A DNA stretch of 64,000 nucleotides from Candidatus Melainabacteria bacterium 17Bon1m (GTDB taxonomy: Bacteria > Cyanobacteriota > Vampirovibrionia > Obscuribacterales > Obscuribacteraceae). A model generated the notes under the pieces. It did no database searches. It was not told the origin of the DNA and saw only the letters and a program-made list of their open reading frames with translations. The position numbers and the translations under genes were made by a program. Shown here piece by piece: positions 18,554-28,730 of the stretch. The number at the start of each line of letters is the position of its first letter. The first letter of the stretch is position 1. Location of the stretch: NCBI GenBank assembly GCA_032128875.1, contig JAVLKG010000001.1, forward strand, positions 704,001-768,000, read 5' to 3'.

Positions 18554-18843
18554 CGTTTCCTCGAAGAAAATTGAAGTTACCCGGCGGCGACTGAAAAAAT
18601 TGCACTATCCGCAAAATGCCGATACGACTCGATCAGCCCCAAAGAGCAATACCAATATTAACCGCTTGCAAATTCTCCCGGACAGCCGGAGACGGTCTGG
18701 CTGTGTGCCGAACTTAACATTATGGTAATTTCACCATTGCCATTTAATCTTAGAAATGCGATTCTTACACCATCAAATAAGCGTTGCGTCCCATATTTCT
18801 ACTTTTCCGGTGATGTAAAGAGTCGCCAGAAGGAGTTTTATTC

Positions 18844-19158
18844 ATGCCTCAGTCTATGGATCGTTCATTGATTGCCACCACCACCACGCGCGCTCGCCGA
18901 GTGACCAGAGAGGAAGTGGTCAAACTGAAAGTGACCACTGAAAAGAAAGGTTTCTTGAGTGGCATCGGAAATTTCTTCAAATCGATGGCACTCATGCTGT
19001 CGGTAAAGCCTGCCGCAAAACCAAAGACCGACTGCAAAGTTGCTGGTCACGTAATGCCGGCATCCGGTTGGCCTGCAGGCAAGTTTCCATTATGTGTAGA
19101 TTGCGGTCAGCAGATCAACAGCGCCACCCAATTGAGAAACTCGGTCTGGAAAGCTTAG
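18844..19158 (+). CDS. Small hypothetical protein with putative Zn site (C-x4-H-x14-CxxC)
   Basis: RBS aaggag; CKVAGH..CVDCG; downstream terminator. Confidence 0.75.
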   Translation: MPQSMDRSLIATTTTRARRVTREEVVKLKVTTEKKGFLSGIGNFFKSMALMLSVKPAAKPKTDCKVAGHVMPASGWPAGKFPLCVDCGQQINSATQLRNSVWKA

Positions 19159-19241
19159 AACAAGCTGCTCTCCACGGTCGAGCTAATCGCATGTACTCTT
19201 GCGCGTAGCATGCTAAGTATCGACTAACACAAAGAGAATTT

Positions 19242-19273
19242 AGAAACCCACCTTCGCCGGTGGGTTTTTGTTG
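19242..19273 (+). terminator. Intrinsic terminator, probably bidirectional
   Basis: aaacccacc-ttcgcc-ggtgggttt followed by T-rich tail, between convergent genes. Confidence 0.8.
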
Positions 19274-19308
19274 TATGTAAGTAAGAGGTCTTTGTATAAC
19301 CTCAATAC

Positions 19309-20757
19309 TTAGATGTGAGCTTTTGTTTTGTCAGTTGTTGGTGTGGTGCCGGCAGCTTCCGTCTCTGTCTTGTCAGACAGGCTGAGCTTCGTGCAGGGTG
19401 CCAGGATAAGAGTCATATCAATGGAAGAATGCGGCTCTACCATGACGTTGACTGGCCAAGTAGTCAATTGAGGAAGCTTCTCTTTCAATCTTTCGGTAAC
19501 GGCATTGTCGGCGCGATAACTCATTTGCACAATTTGTTCGTGCTGGCAGTCGGCCATATCACCGCGCATGATGTAGCGAACCTTGTATCCAAGCCCGTTG
19601 AGAGCTGTTTCCAACGAACGCGCTTCTTGTTCTTGTCCTTTTGGATACTTGATTGTGAGCTTGACCGGGCGATCGGTCTCGTCACTGTATGTGGTGGCAG
19701 CGGTGGCTGCGTCACTTCCATACTCTTGTCGTTTTTCTTCCTGCTCGGCAACTGAGATTTTCTCATTGAGCATACGGCTGAAAACCACAGAGCAAGCCTC
19801 TGGATCGGGTATCCAATAGCTGCCACCATGAATGTATTCTGCGTGTCCAGGCAAGGTGGCGGTTTGAACTTGTTGCGGTTGGATGTCTTTGCCGAAGTTG
19901 GCGACTTTGGCCATATCTTCTGCTGTCATGTCGGTGACAACGTATTCGTTTGCAAACTTGAAGAGATCGGGCAACTTCAGTAGTACTGCGGGTTCTTTAA
20001 GCTTTTTAGAAACCTGACGCATAAACCATTGTTGGCGTTCTATGCGACCGATATCACCTTTTGGATCATGGCGAAAACGTACATATTCTTCAACTTGCTT
20101 TGGACTGAGAGTTTGCAAACCAGGCTCCAAATCAACATGCAAGCCTGCTGCACGATCTCTGTAACGCATGCGCTTTTCGACCATGATCTCCATTGGTCCG
20201 AGCGCTTCAAAAAGTTTTTTCAGACCCTCAGTGTCAACGACAACATAGTGATCGATCGGCACCGCAAAAGCTTCTTTGACGGCTTCAACAGCCAATTCTG
20301 GTCCGCCGAGTGCGTGCGCTGAATTGATTTTGTCGATGCCGTGAGAGCCTGGCAGTTTTACTCGGCTGTCACGCGGTATAGAGACGAGCCCAACGCGTTT
20401 CAACTCCGGATCTATATGAACCAGCATCATCGTGTCGGAGCGAGTGTTGAGAAAACGCTGTGCGTGCCTGCCGTTCGAGTCAACTCCCATGCACAAAATA
20501 TTCATGCCGTGATCGAGTGTCGGCAGCAAATTGATCTTTGGCATGTTGGAAAACAGCGTCTGTTTTGCGGGCGCGTCTTCAACAATAATTACCGGAGCCG
20601 GATGCGCACCGGGGAGGCCCGGGAAAATCGGACGCTTTGTGAAGTGAATTATTGAGAGCCCGACCAGCACTCCAAAGAGTGTTGCCCCCAGAATTTGCAG
20701 GGCAGTTGGTGATTCGGGGTATCTGCTGCTCACGAGAATTTCCCGCCTTGTGGACAA
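19309..20757 (-). CDS. LCP (LytR-CpsA-Psr) family protein with LytR_C-like tail
   Basis: NILCMGVD, RSDTMML, SIPRDS, KINSAHALGG and RFRH..GDIGRIERQQ; N-terminal TM. Confidence 0.92.
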   Translation of the reverse strand: MSTRREILVSSRYPESPTALQILGATLFGVLVGLSIIHFTKRPIFPGLPGAHPAPVIIVEDAPAKQTLFSNMPKINLLPTLDHGMNILCMGVDSNGRHAQRFLNTRSDTMMLVHIDPELKRVGLVSIPRDSRVKLPGSHGIDKINSAHALGGPELAVEAVKEAFAVPIDHYVVVDTEGLKKLFEALGPMEIMVEKRMRYRDRAAGLHVDLEPGLQTLSPKQVEEYVRFRHDPKGDIGRIERQQWFMRQVSKKLKEPAVLLKLPDLFKFANEYVVTDMTAEDMAKVANFGKDIQPQQVQTATLPGHAEYIHGGSYWIPDPEACSVVFSRMLNEKISVAEQEEKRQEYGSDAATAATTYSDETDRPVKLTIKYPKGQEQEARSLETALNGLGYKVRYIMRGDMADCQHEQIVQMSYRADNAVTERLKEKLPQLTTWPVNVMVEPHSSIDMTLILAPCTKLSLSDKTETEAAGTTPTTDKTKAHI

Positions 20758-20876
20758 TCCCAGGCTGATGTTTACAACCGGCTTCTAAAAATCTTATCCC
20801 CAAGATCTGTTAGCTATACTGAACTCACTAGAATATTTCAGATAGATTTTACGAGGTCTTATCAGAGGAGCGCGCC

Positions 20877-21539
20877 GTGCAGTTATTTCTCGACACCGCT
20901 AATGTGGAAGAAATCAAGGAAATCAACGCCTGGGGCGTGCTTTCCGGTATAACAACCAACCCCAGTTTGATTGTGAAGGAAGGCCGGGACTTCAAAACGG
21001 TCGTTAAGGAAATTTGCAACATAGTTGATGGACCTGTCAGCGCCGAGGTCACGGCGGAAGACGTCGATGGCATGGTCAAGCAAGGACTGGACATCGCCAC
21101 CTGGGCAGAAAACGTCGTAGTAAAGTGCCCACTGACTGCAAATGGCTTGGCTGCTACCTCTCAGCTCTCGAAAAAGGGCATCAAGGTCAATGTCACTCTG
21201 TGCTTTTCTGCCAACCAGGCTCTTCTCGCCGCTCGTGCCGGTGCTTATTTCATCAGCCCATTCGTCGGCCGCCTGGATGACATCAATCAGGACGGGTCTG
21301 CTCTGGTAGCTGAAATCGTCGAGATGTACCACATGCAGGGGCTGGACACCAAAGTCTTGGCTGCTTCCATTCGCACCCCCGTACATGTAACCCAGGCTGC
21401 GCTGGCAGGCGCGGACGTAGCGACGATGCCTTATAAGGTCTTCAAAATGCTGGTCAAGCACCCGCTGACTGACACTGGATTGGCTCTCTTTGCTGCCGAC
21501 TGGGCGAAAGCAAACGAAGCGGTGGCGGCCAAGAAGTAA
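20877..21539 (+). CDS. fsa: Transaldolase / fructose-6-phosphate aldolase (short type)
   Basis: [18 protein letters not shown] (Schiff-base Lys), [16 protein letters not shown] and AASIR. Confidence 0.92.
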   Translation: MQLFLDTANVEEIKEINAWGVLSGITTNPSLIVKEGRDFKTVVKEICNIVDGPVSAEVTAEDVDGMVKQGLDIATWAENVVVKCPLTANGLAATSQLSKKGIKVNVTLCFSANQALLAARAGAYFISPFVGRLDDINQDGSALVAEIVEMYHMQGLDTKVLAASIRTPVHVTQAALAGADVATMPYKVFKMLVKHPLTDTGLALFAADWAKANEAVAAKK

Positions 21540-21701
21540 CCAGTTTGCAAGGGAATTCCGCTGCTATCTAGCCGTAGTGCCCCGAATTGGAAAATTCGGG
21601 GTAAAAACGCTTTTGCACTGGCGAAATCAATGACAGAATGGGAAAATCGGCTGATAATGCCATAAGATTCGGGATCTGGGTCAATATCGAACCAGGGGTA
21701 A

Positions 21702-22961
21702 ATGTCCACAAAAGTCTCCACGATGTCTGAGCAATCTCAAGGACCCAGCGGATTTATCGAGCTGGGCGGCGAGATGTTCCTCGTCGACTATGGACGGATT
21801 TGTGCAGCTGACGGCAGCCAGTGCGGTTATCTGTACGAAGACGGTTATTTGAAAGGAAACTTTGGACCGCTCACCGAAAAGCACGGGCTGGTAGCAATTG
21901 ACGATATCGAAGGCTGCGTTTTCCGCGGCATCGATTCATCGGGCATGGAGCTGGATCTGCCCGGAGTGCGGGTCGGACCGGACGGCACGCTCAAATACAA
22001 CGGTGTGGTTCTGACTGTCATTAACGGACGCATTGCTACTCAAGATCACCGTCTCGTAGGCGAGTTCGACGATGAAGGGGAGATTTATGTTCGCGACCGT
22101 GAAATAAAAGAGCCTCGTCGAAAGCTCGATGAAAACACTCAACTTAATTCCTATTTTGAAGGAAACAGGTCAGACGGATCCGCCTGGACTCACGAATTCG
22201 GACGCCCGCTCTACCGGAAGAACCTTTCCTACTCCGACAATGAAATCATTCGCTACTTTGATGATTTCGATAAATTGAACCAACCCCAAAAGCAATACGT
22301 CATGGAAAGTATGCGTTTATGGGCTTCTTGTGGGCTTCTGCAAATCGTCAGAAAGAGTGAAGGCGTTGCGCAATTCGGCAATGTTCGTCATGGTGCAGCC
22401 GGTGTCACGGGCGTAAGGCATGGCAACGTCACGCTCGACAAAGAAGAGTTCGAGAAAGAAATCATGCTCTACAAGCGGTTTGGTCCGCTTGCCGTCATCG
22501 CCATTCGCTTGCAGCCCTATGTTGAAGTGCGCGTCAATCTGGTCGTTTCGCACGAGTTTGGGCACCAACTTGAATTTGTTCTTTCGCAGGCTTCGCAAAC
22601 ACTCATCACCGAGCTATACGAAAAGCACAAAGCAAAGAGCGGGCGCCATTACCCGCTGCCCAACGGCTACGAGGGCTACGCTGAAGTTTTAACTCCTCAG
22701 CAAGTTCATCAGCGCGTGTTTATTTCCGGCTACGCGCGTACCAGCATGCACGAGTATTGGGCTGAATGTGTTGCGGCATTCTCAGTCAGAGAGAGCCGCA
22801 AGATGCTGAAGGAGCTTGATCCTGGCGCGTATGCGATTCTTCGTGATGTCGTCACCAATCCATCTAAAATGATAAGACCTGTTTTCAGAGAACAGATAAT
22901 GGACCTTCAAACCAGCCTGAGAATCGGCGGTGAGTACACTGAAAGCTTGATTGCTGATTGA
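21702..22961 (+). CDS. Putative zinc metallopeptidase (HEXXH + E; ATLF/MtfA-like zincin)
   Basis: SHEFGH and downstream ISGYARTSMHEYWAE; no signal peptide. Confidence 0.7.
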   Translation: MSTKVSTMSEQSQGPSGFIELGGEMFLVDYGRICAADGSQCGYLYEDGYLKGNFGPLTEKHGLVAIDDIEGCVFRGIDSSGMELDLPGVRVGPDGTLKYNGVVLTVINGRIATQDHRLVGEFDDEGEIYVRDREIKEPRRKLDENTQLNSYFEGNRSDGSAWTHEFGRPLYRKNLSYSDNEIIRYFDDFDKLNQPQKQYVMESMRLWASCGLLQIVRKSEGVAQFGNVRHGAAGVTGVRHGNVTLDKEEFEKEIMLYKRFGPLAVIAIRLQPYVEVRVNLVVSHEFGHQLEFVLSQASQTLITELYEKHKAKSGRHYPLPNGYEGYAEVLTPQQVHQRVFISGYARTSMHEYWAECVAAFSVRESRKMLKELDPGAYAILRDVVTNPSKMIRPVFREQIMDLQTSLRIGGEYTESLIAD

Positions 22962-22977
22962 CGACGAAGACTATTCA

Positions 22978-25254
22978 ATGGAAAAATTTGGAAAATTCAG
23001 CAAAGACCGCAGTGTAGCTTTGTTATGCGCGCTGAGTATTTTTGTGGGCTGGTGCGCACCAAATGCTGTTGCTGCGCCAAAGCAATTGGAGCCTGTCCTC
23101 AAAGCGATCGATCCGTCTCAAGCGAAGATGGACACGCCAACTCCTGCGCCGCAAACCCAAAATCCCAATCCGCTTGGGCGCATCAATGGGCAACCTGTAA
23201 GCCGCGGCAATCAGCTCAATCGGGGCGATGTAAATCCGCAAGGTTCTGAACAACAGGACGGTTCTGGCTACAAATACACGCCATATGAATCGCCTGATTA
23301 TTCCAACTCACCGCCTCAGTTTCCATCCGACTCGCAAATCCCGGAATTCGGAAAGCCGCTTCCCGACTCGACGCGCGGTGGTGCTGGAGGCGCCAACGGC
23401 GATGCATGGACGACAAATCGAACTGTTCCTGGCGGAGCTGCTTCTCCGGCACCCAACTCTCAGGAAGAAATTCGTATTACTAAGTTGGAGCAGCAAGCCT
23501 TTGGATCTACTTACCCTGAGCACGAAGTAGAAGATCGACTGGATCATCTGGAAAAGGAAATCTTCGGTGCTCCAACACAGGCACCACCGCCTGATAGGTT
23601 GGCGAGACTAGAGCAAAAACTCAACATGAAGAGCGCCTTTGGTCAAACACCATCAGCGAATTCTCTGGCTCAAGGAGCGATTCCAATGAAGGCGGCAAGC
23701 AATATGTATCCGCCTAAGAGCTCACAGCCAGCCGGTGCAGCACCAGGGCAAGCATTTCCGCAACTGGCTGCCGAGACGCCAAAGATGGCTCCTGTTCCTC
23801 CTGCACCACAAAATTTTGGTGGACAGAATCAGCCAGGCGGCGGACCAAACTTTGCCGGACCTTCAGGAAATCAGCAATTAGCATACGCACCTTCTACGCA
23901 ATCTGGACCTCCGCAAGCTGGCTTTGGAGCGCCTTCAGGCGGCTTCCAACAGCAAGGACCTGCGGGGTCATTTAATCAGGCTCCGCCACAACAGCCGTGG
24001 CGTGCAGGTGGAACTCCCGCCTCAGGGCAGCCTCAGCAACCGCAGGCTTCTCCTAACTGGCAAATGCCTCAGCAGTCCTATCAGCCACCGCCGCAGCAGT
24101 TTCAGCAACCACCGCAGCAGTTTCAGCAACCGCCGCAGCAGTTTCAGCAACCGCCGCAATACCAGCAGCCGTATCAGCAACCGCAGTTTCCGGCGCCTCA
24201 ATTTCAGCAGCCGCAATATCCGCCTCAGCAGCAGTATCAACCGTCATATCAGCCGCCGCCGCAGCAGTTTCAACCGCAACCGCAATACCAGCAGCAGTAT
24301 CAGCAGCCGTATCCACCGCAGCAATATCAACAACCACCGCAATACCAACAACCGCCGCAGCAGTATCAGCAGCCGCAGTTTTCGCAGAATGGCTACCCGG
24401 CACCACAGTACGTTCAACCGCCTCAGTATCAACAGCCGCAGTATCAGCAGCCGATGCAGCAAGGGCAATATCCTCCACCCACGCAGCAATATCCTGCTTA
24501 TGGGCAGCCAATTTATACATCTACTCTGCCGCAGGGTAATGCATTTGGTGCACCACCGGCGGTGAAATCTGCGCCTTCTGCACCTAAGACCCCGCAATCG
24601 ATGGCGCCTGTCGGTAATAATCCCAATATCGCTCAATCTGACTATTTCGTTGTGGTCAAAGGCATGCCTTTTGACGAAAAGGCTGGCGATTATCTCTCTT
24701 CCATTTGGAGACCGCCGGGTATTTCGAGTGCGAGGTTTAGCCGTTTTCCTCTCAAGATTCGCTTGCCTCAGTCGTCGCCCGAATCGTGGCGCAAGTACTT
24801 GGATGAGACGATCAAGAAGTGGGGCAGCTACATTCCGCTAAAAGTGGCTTCGCAAAACGAGCCTGCTGATATCGAAATTACTTGGGAAAACCATTTCGCC
24901 GACAGTAAGTTGCTTGGAATAACGCGGTTGCAGATTTTGCAGGGGCACATGCAGGTGCGTATCTACCTTTTGCGTCCGACTTTCTATCCACCTGACGTGC
25001 CCGAGCGTATTTTGAAAAACGTTGCCATGCACGAAATTGGGCATTCCGTCGGACTTTTCGGACACAGCGACAATTCTCAGGACGTAATGTTTGCCAGCGA
25101 ACTGTTTTCCGGCAAAGGCAAGGCAGCATCAGCGAAGCCTGGCAACATAACGCAGCGCGACCTCAATACTCTGAAGAAAATCTACGAGTGCCCGCCAATG
25201 GGCGCCAATGTCAGTACGGGAAAACCGATGGAGTGGACCTCGCGGCTGCCGTAG
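22978..25254 (+). CDS. Exported Pro/Gln-rich protein with C-terminal matrixin-like (M10) metalloprotease
   Basis: Signal peptide; HEIGHSVGLFGHS followed by Met-turn DVMF; long P/Q/Y linker. Confidence 0.8.
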   Translation: MEKFGKFSKDRSVALLCALSIFVGWCAPNAVAAPKQLEPVLKAIDPSQAKMDTPTPAPQTQNPNPLGRINGQPVSRGNQLNRGDVNPQGSEQQDGSGYKYTPYESPDYSNSPPQFPSDSQIPEFGKPLPDSTRGGAGGANGDAWTTNRTVPGGAASPAPNSQEEIRITKLEQQAFGSTYPEHEVEDRLDHLEKEIFGAPTQAPPPDRLARLEQKLNMKSAFGQTPSANSLAQGAIPMKAASNMYPPKSSQPAGAAPGQAFPQLAAETPKMAPVPPAPQNFGGQNQPGGGPNFAGPSGNQQLAYAPSTQSGPPQAGFGAPSGGFQQQGPAGSFNQAPPQQPWRAGGTPASGQPQQPQASPNWQMPQQSYQPPPQQFQQPPQQFQQPPQQFQQPPQYQQPYQQPQFPAPQFQQPQYPPQQQYQPSYQPPPQQFQPQPQYQQQYQQPYPPQQYQQPPQYQQPPQQYQQPQFSQNGYPAPQYVQPPQYQQPQYQQPMQQGQYPPPTQQYPAYGQPIYTSTLPQGNAFGAPPAVKSAPSAPKTPQSMAPVGNNPNIAQSDYFVVVKGMPFDEKAGDYLSSIWRPPGISSARFSRFPLKIRLPQSSPESWRKYLDETIKKWGSYIPLKVASQNEPADIEITWENHFADSKLLGITRLQILQGHMQVRIYLLRPTFYPPDVPERILKNVAMHEIGHSVGLFGHSDNSQDVMFASELFSGKGKAASAKPGNITQRDLNTLKKIYECPPMGANVSTGKPMEWTSRLP
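24061..24500 (+). repeat. P/Q/Y low-complexity coding repeat including a 21-bp unit x3
   Basis: ccRccgcagcagtttcagcaa at 24088, 24109 and 24130 plus degenerate cagtatcagcagccg copies. Confidence 0.9.
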
Positions 25255-25389
25255 CTGAAGCAATATGAATCTAAAAAAAAGGTCCGTGGGTGGGCGCTGC
25301 GGTGGGATCTGCGCCATTTATGATCTGCGCCTCAGGATCGCAAAGCCCGACAGGTGGACAATTTGAGGTGCTTATAAAGGAGCTCCGCC

Positions 25390-26253
25390 ATGTCTTTTGA
25401 CAACAAAGAGATAACGATTGCGCACAGCCCGGATTCGGACGATGCGTTCATGTTTTACGCCCTTGCCAAGGACAAAATTGACACTAAAGGGTTGAAAGTA
25501 AATCAGGTCTTGAAAGACATCCAGTCGCTCAATCAGGACGCCATTAATGGCAAGTACGAAGTATCGGCAATTTCTTTCGCCGCCTACCCTCTCGTCTGCG
25601 ACAAGTACGCCCTGATGCCTTGCGGAGCCAGCATGGGCTTCAAGTATGGTCCTATGGTGATTGCCAAGCCTGGTATCAAGAAAGAAGACCTCAAGAATTT
25701 GACCGTAGCAATTCCTGGAAAGCTGACTACCGCTTTCTTGACGATGAATATGTGGATGCCCGGTCTGAAGACAGTGGAAGTGCACTTCGATCAAATTCCA
25801 GAAGCAGTAAAAGATGGAAAGGTCGATGCCGGCTTGATTATTCATGAAGGTCAATTGACCTACCAAACCCTTGGTCTCGAAAAAATCGTTGACCTTGGAG
25901 AATGGTGGTTTGAAGAAACCGGCTTGCCACTGCCCCTCGGCGGCAATGTGGTGCGCAAAGATTTGGGTGCCGAACTGATCGATCACGCAACGAAGTTGTT
26001 GAAAGGTTCTATCGAATTCTCACTGGCAAACAGAAAAGACGCTCTCGCGTATGCTCTCGAGTTTGCCCGCGACATGCCACCAGAATTGGCTGACAAGTTC
26101 GTCGGCATGTACGTCAACGAAATGACTGTTGATTATGGTGACGAAGGTCGCGCAGCGATTTCGAGACTCTTCGCAGAAGCTTACAAGCGCGGCGTGATCA
26201 AAGAGCAAGTCAAAGTTGAGTTCGTCGGAGCACTCAGCGGCGCTGCTATCTAG
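25390..26253 (+). CDS. mqnD: 1,4-dihydroxy-6-naphthoate synthase (futalosine menaquinone pathway)
   Basis: AHSPDSDDAFMFYAL, PGKLTTA, GLIIHEGQLTY, TGLPLPLGG and MYVN. Confidence 0.9.
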   Translation: MSFDNKEITIAHSPDSDDAFMFYALAKDKIDTKGLKVNQVLKDIQSLNQDAINGKYEVSAISFAAYPLVCDKYALMPCGASMGFKYGPMVIAKPGIKKEDLKNLTVAIPGKLTTAFLTMNMWMPGLKTVEVHFDQIPEAVKDGKVDAGLIIHEGQLTYQTLGLEKIVDLGEWWFEETGLPLPLGGNVVRKDLGAELIDHATKLLKGSIEFSLANRKDALAYALEFARDMPPELADKFVGMYVNEMTVDYGDEGRAAISRLFAEAYKRGVIKEQVKVEFVGALSGAAI

Positions 26254-26330
26254 TCGCAGTCGGTCCAGAAAACATTCAAGAGTTGCATTACTGTTCGGCA
26301 GGGTGCAACTCTTTTGTTTGAGTGTGAACT

Positions 26331-28730
26331 TTACGCTGACGCGTCCGCTCCTGCTGCCAGCTCTCCTGCTGCCGGTTTCACAACAAGCGCAACGCAGAGT
26401 ATTGCCAGCAAATAGCATGCCGTTCCTAAAAGCATCGTGATGCAGATACCGAACTCAATCGAAAGAACCGCAGCCAGGACGGAACCGCAAACTGTCGCAC
26501 CGCCGTTGACCGCCCAGAACCAAGAGCGGGCCTCGAATTGGTTTTCTCCAAAGAAGCCGAGCCCAAGCGGGAATGCCCAACCCATGAAAAAGCCAGGCAA
26601 AGCGACCATCACCGCCGACAGTGCCGCTCGAGGAAAGAGTTCGAGCAAGGCTAATTCCATTCCTGTCAGGTAGAGAATGACCGCAAGTACAGCGCCCAAT
26701 AGCGCGGAAACCAGCAATGATATGCGCATGAGTTGGATGCGTGGAACTCCTTTGTTTAGATAGTGTTGTGCTGCATAGCTTCCGCTTCCGGAGGCAAGGA
26801 GCAATACGAAGAGTACAAGAGATAGGCTCATAGTGGGATTGCCGAGGATCATCGAAAGGCGCTCAATCAGTCCGACTTCTATGAGGATGAAACCGAAGCC
26901 TATGGAAAGAAAATAACCAGCGGATTGGAAGAAGCCACCATCAGGTTTTGCAGATTTTCCAAATTTGATCCATGCTGGTGCCACGATCGTGAAGGCGACA
27001 AGAATGATTGTGAGCAGGAGCGTAAAGAGTACCAGAGCCAATCCGCCAGCACCGCCTTCTGCTTTTTTGCTCTGTGCTGTCAGCTCTGTGGCGGGGCTGA
27101 AGAAGAATGGTCTGTCTTCGCTCGGTAGATCTGAAGGTTTGTCATTTGGGTCTGTAAGGGCTTTGTAGAAAGGTTCTAGCTTTACCAAATCGGGCAAAAG
27201 CAGTGCTTTGTAGCCGAGGTCTTTGCACAATGTTTGAATCAGATCGATGTCGGCTTTCGAAAATTCCTCTTTGGAAACCAGCATGTTTCCTACACTTATG
27301 TCGCCCAGTCTGTATGGCGCACAGATGAGCATCACGTGTTTGTCGATGTTGCCGATTCCGAGCTTTGAAAACGCATCTTTGGTCAAGTAGAGCAGACGCG
27401 TGAGCTGCTGTGGTTCTTGCTCGTTGCCCCAGCGAAGAAGTGAAAGCACTCCTTTCGGCTCCAGGTGCTTCAAGTAGTGGAGAACCGCTTCTTTCGTATA
27501 CAAAGAATTCTCAGTGAGGACAAACGCGCCTGAAGTCGAGGCTGCGTAAGTGTCAACGAGCGAGCACTGAATAATTCCATATTGATTTCCTGAGCGAGAA
27601 AGCCAGTTGCGCGCTTCGTCGTTGACGATGTTGACGCCTGGTTGCTCCGCCAAATGACCGTTGAATTCTGCGTATTCTTTTTTCAGCAGACCTACGAGTA
27701 CCGGGTTGACTTCCAATCCGTCGATTTTCTTTTGTTCGAAGAGCCTTCCTGTAAGAATGTCGCGCCCGCCGCCAACTCCTATGACGAAAAGACTGTTGCC
27801 CGGTCTGAGGCGATTAGCCACCGCCGTGATGTCTTGCTTGATTGGCAGCAATTCTTCTGGTGTTGCTTTGCCCGTCATCACAGTAAATGCGCCGGAGTCG
27901 ATGTATAGACCCTTCTGGGGAATTGGCTTCGTTGGTTCCTTTGATGCGGGCACAGTCGCCCAAGTCAATGCAGGTCCAACGAATTTTGCGACAATGATTC
28001 TGCTGATTGGGCTCCATTTGACGGCTTCGATAGTGTTTGCATCGATGCCTGGAATTTGTTTGGAACTTATTTCTTGCGTGGGTGAGAAAATCCAAGCAAC
28101 GCAAACAGCTACACCCACTGCGGCTTGAATGATACCTTTGGTGCGATTTGCGCCGCTCATCGTGAGAGCAAACATAAGGCACGCGATAGCAGCAATGATG
28201 CCCGACACAATAAGTGTGTTCGGACCGGAAACTACCGAGAGTAAGTAAACGAGCAATGGACAGGCGATTGCGGCGCCCAGCAAGTCTGCGCTGTATAATT
28301 TTCCAACTTGCTCATACGAAGTCAGACATTTGCAAATGACAATACCGGCAAAGAAGAATGGAATCGCTGAGAGTAAAAAGTTGACGAAAATCCAAGCAAA
28401 TGCGCCCATGCCAACCAATGGCTTGAAAGCAAGGACTTGCAGGCCGGCTGCTGTTGGAATAGCTGCTGCGAATAGGCATGCGGAAAGAGATAATAGTGGT
28501 TCGGTCTTGTCGTCGTTTTTGCTTGCGAATGCCATCGTGTAAAGTGCGCCCAGGGTCAATCCGAACATCGCTATCGACACAATCATGAATGCGAAGTGGT
28601 AACCGGTGCTTGCACTGTACAAGCGCGTCATCACCAGTTCTAGCAGCATCATCGACATACTGCAAAGTGCCAACCCTGCAGCCAATGCTGGTGTGGGCTT
28701 TCGAAGAGCTGTTGATTCTTGATTCGACAA
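26331..28730 (-). CDS. Membrane protein with central spermidine-synthase-like SAM-binding domain
   Basis: Multiple N- and C-terminal TM helices; IGVGGGRD, LEVNP, DEARNWL, ENSLYTKEA and WFWAVNG. Confidence 0.8.
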   Translation of the reverse strand: MSNQESTALRKPTPALAAGLALCSMSMMLLELVMTRLYSASTGYHFAFMIVSIAMFGLTLGALYTMAFASKNDDKTEPLLSLSACLFAAAIPTAAGLQVLAFKPLVGMGAFAWIFVNFLLSAIPFFFAGIVICKCLTSYEQVGKLYSADLLGAAIACPLLVYLLSVVSGPNTLIVSGIIAAIACLMFALTMSGANRTKGIIQAAVGVAVCVAWIFSPTQEISSKQIPGIDANTIEAVKWSPISRIIVAKFVGPALTWATVPASKEPTKPIPQKGLYIDSGAFTVMTGKATPEELLPIKQDITAVANRLRPGNSLFVIGVGGGRDILTGRLFEQKKIDGLEVNPVLVGLLKKEYAEFNGHLAEQPGVNIVNDEARNWLSRSGNQYGIIQCSLVDTYAASTSGAFVLTENSLYTKEAVLHYLKHLEPKGVLSLLRWGNEQEPQQLTRLLYLTKDAFSKLGIGNIDKHVMLICAPYRLGDISVGNMLVSKEEFSKADIDLIQTLCKDLGYKALLLPDLVKLEPFYKALTDPNDKPSDLPSEDRPFFFSPATELTAQSKKAEGGAGGLALVLFTLLLTIILVAFTIVAPAWIKFGKSAKPDGGFFQSAGYFLSIGFGFILIEVGLIERLSMILGNPTMSLSLVLFVLLLASGSGSYAAQHYLNKGVPRIQLMRISLLVSALLGAVLAVILYLTGMELALLELFPRAALSAVMVALPGFFMGWAFPLGLGFFGENQFEARSWFWAVNGGATVCGSVLAAVLSIEFGICITMLLGTACYLLAILCVALVVKPAAGELAAGADASA

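Noticed and set aside
23924..24636. Alternative-frame ORFs rich in S/R, A/V or L/R
   Set aside because: Frame-shifted and antisense readings of the P/Q repeat
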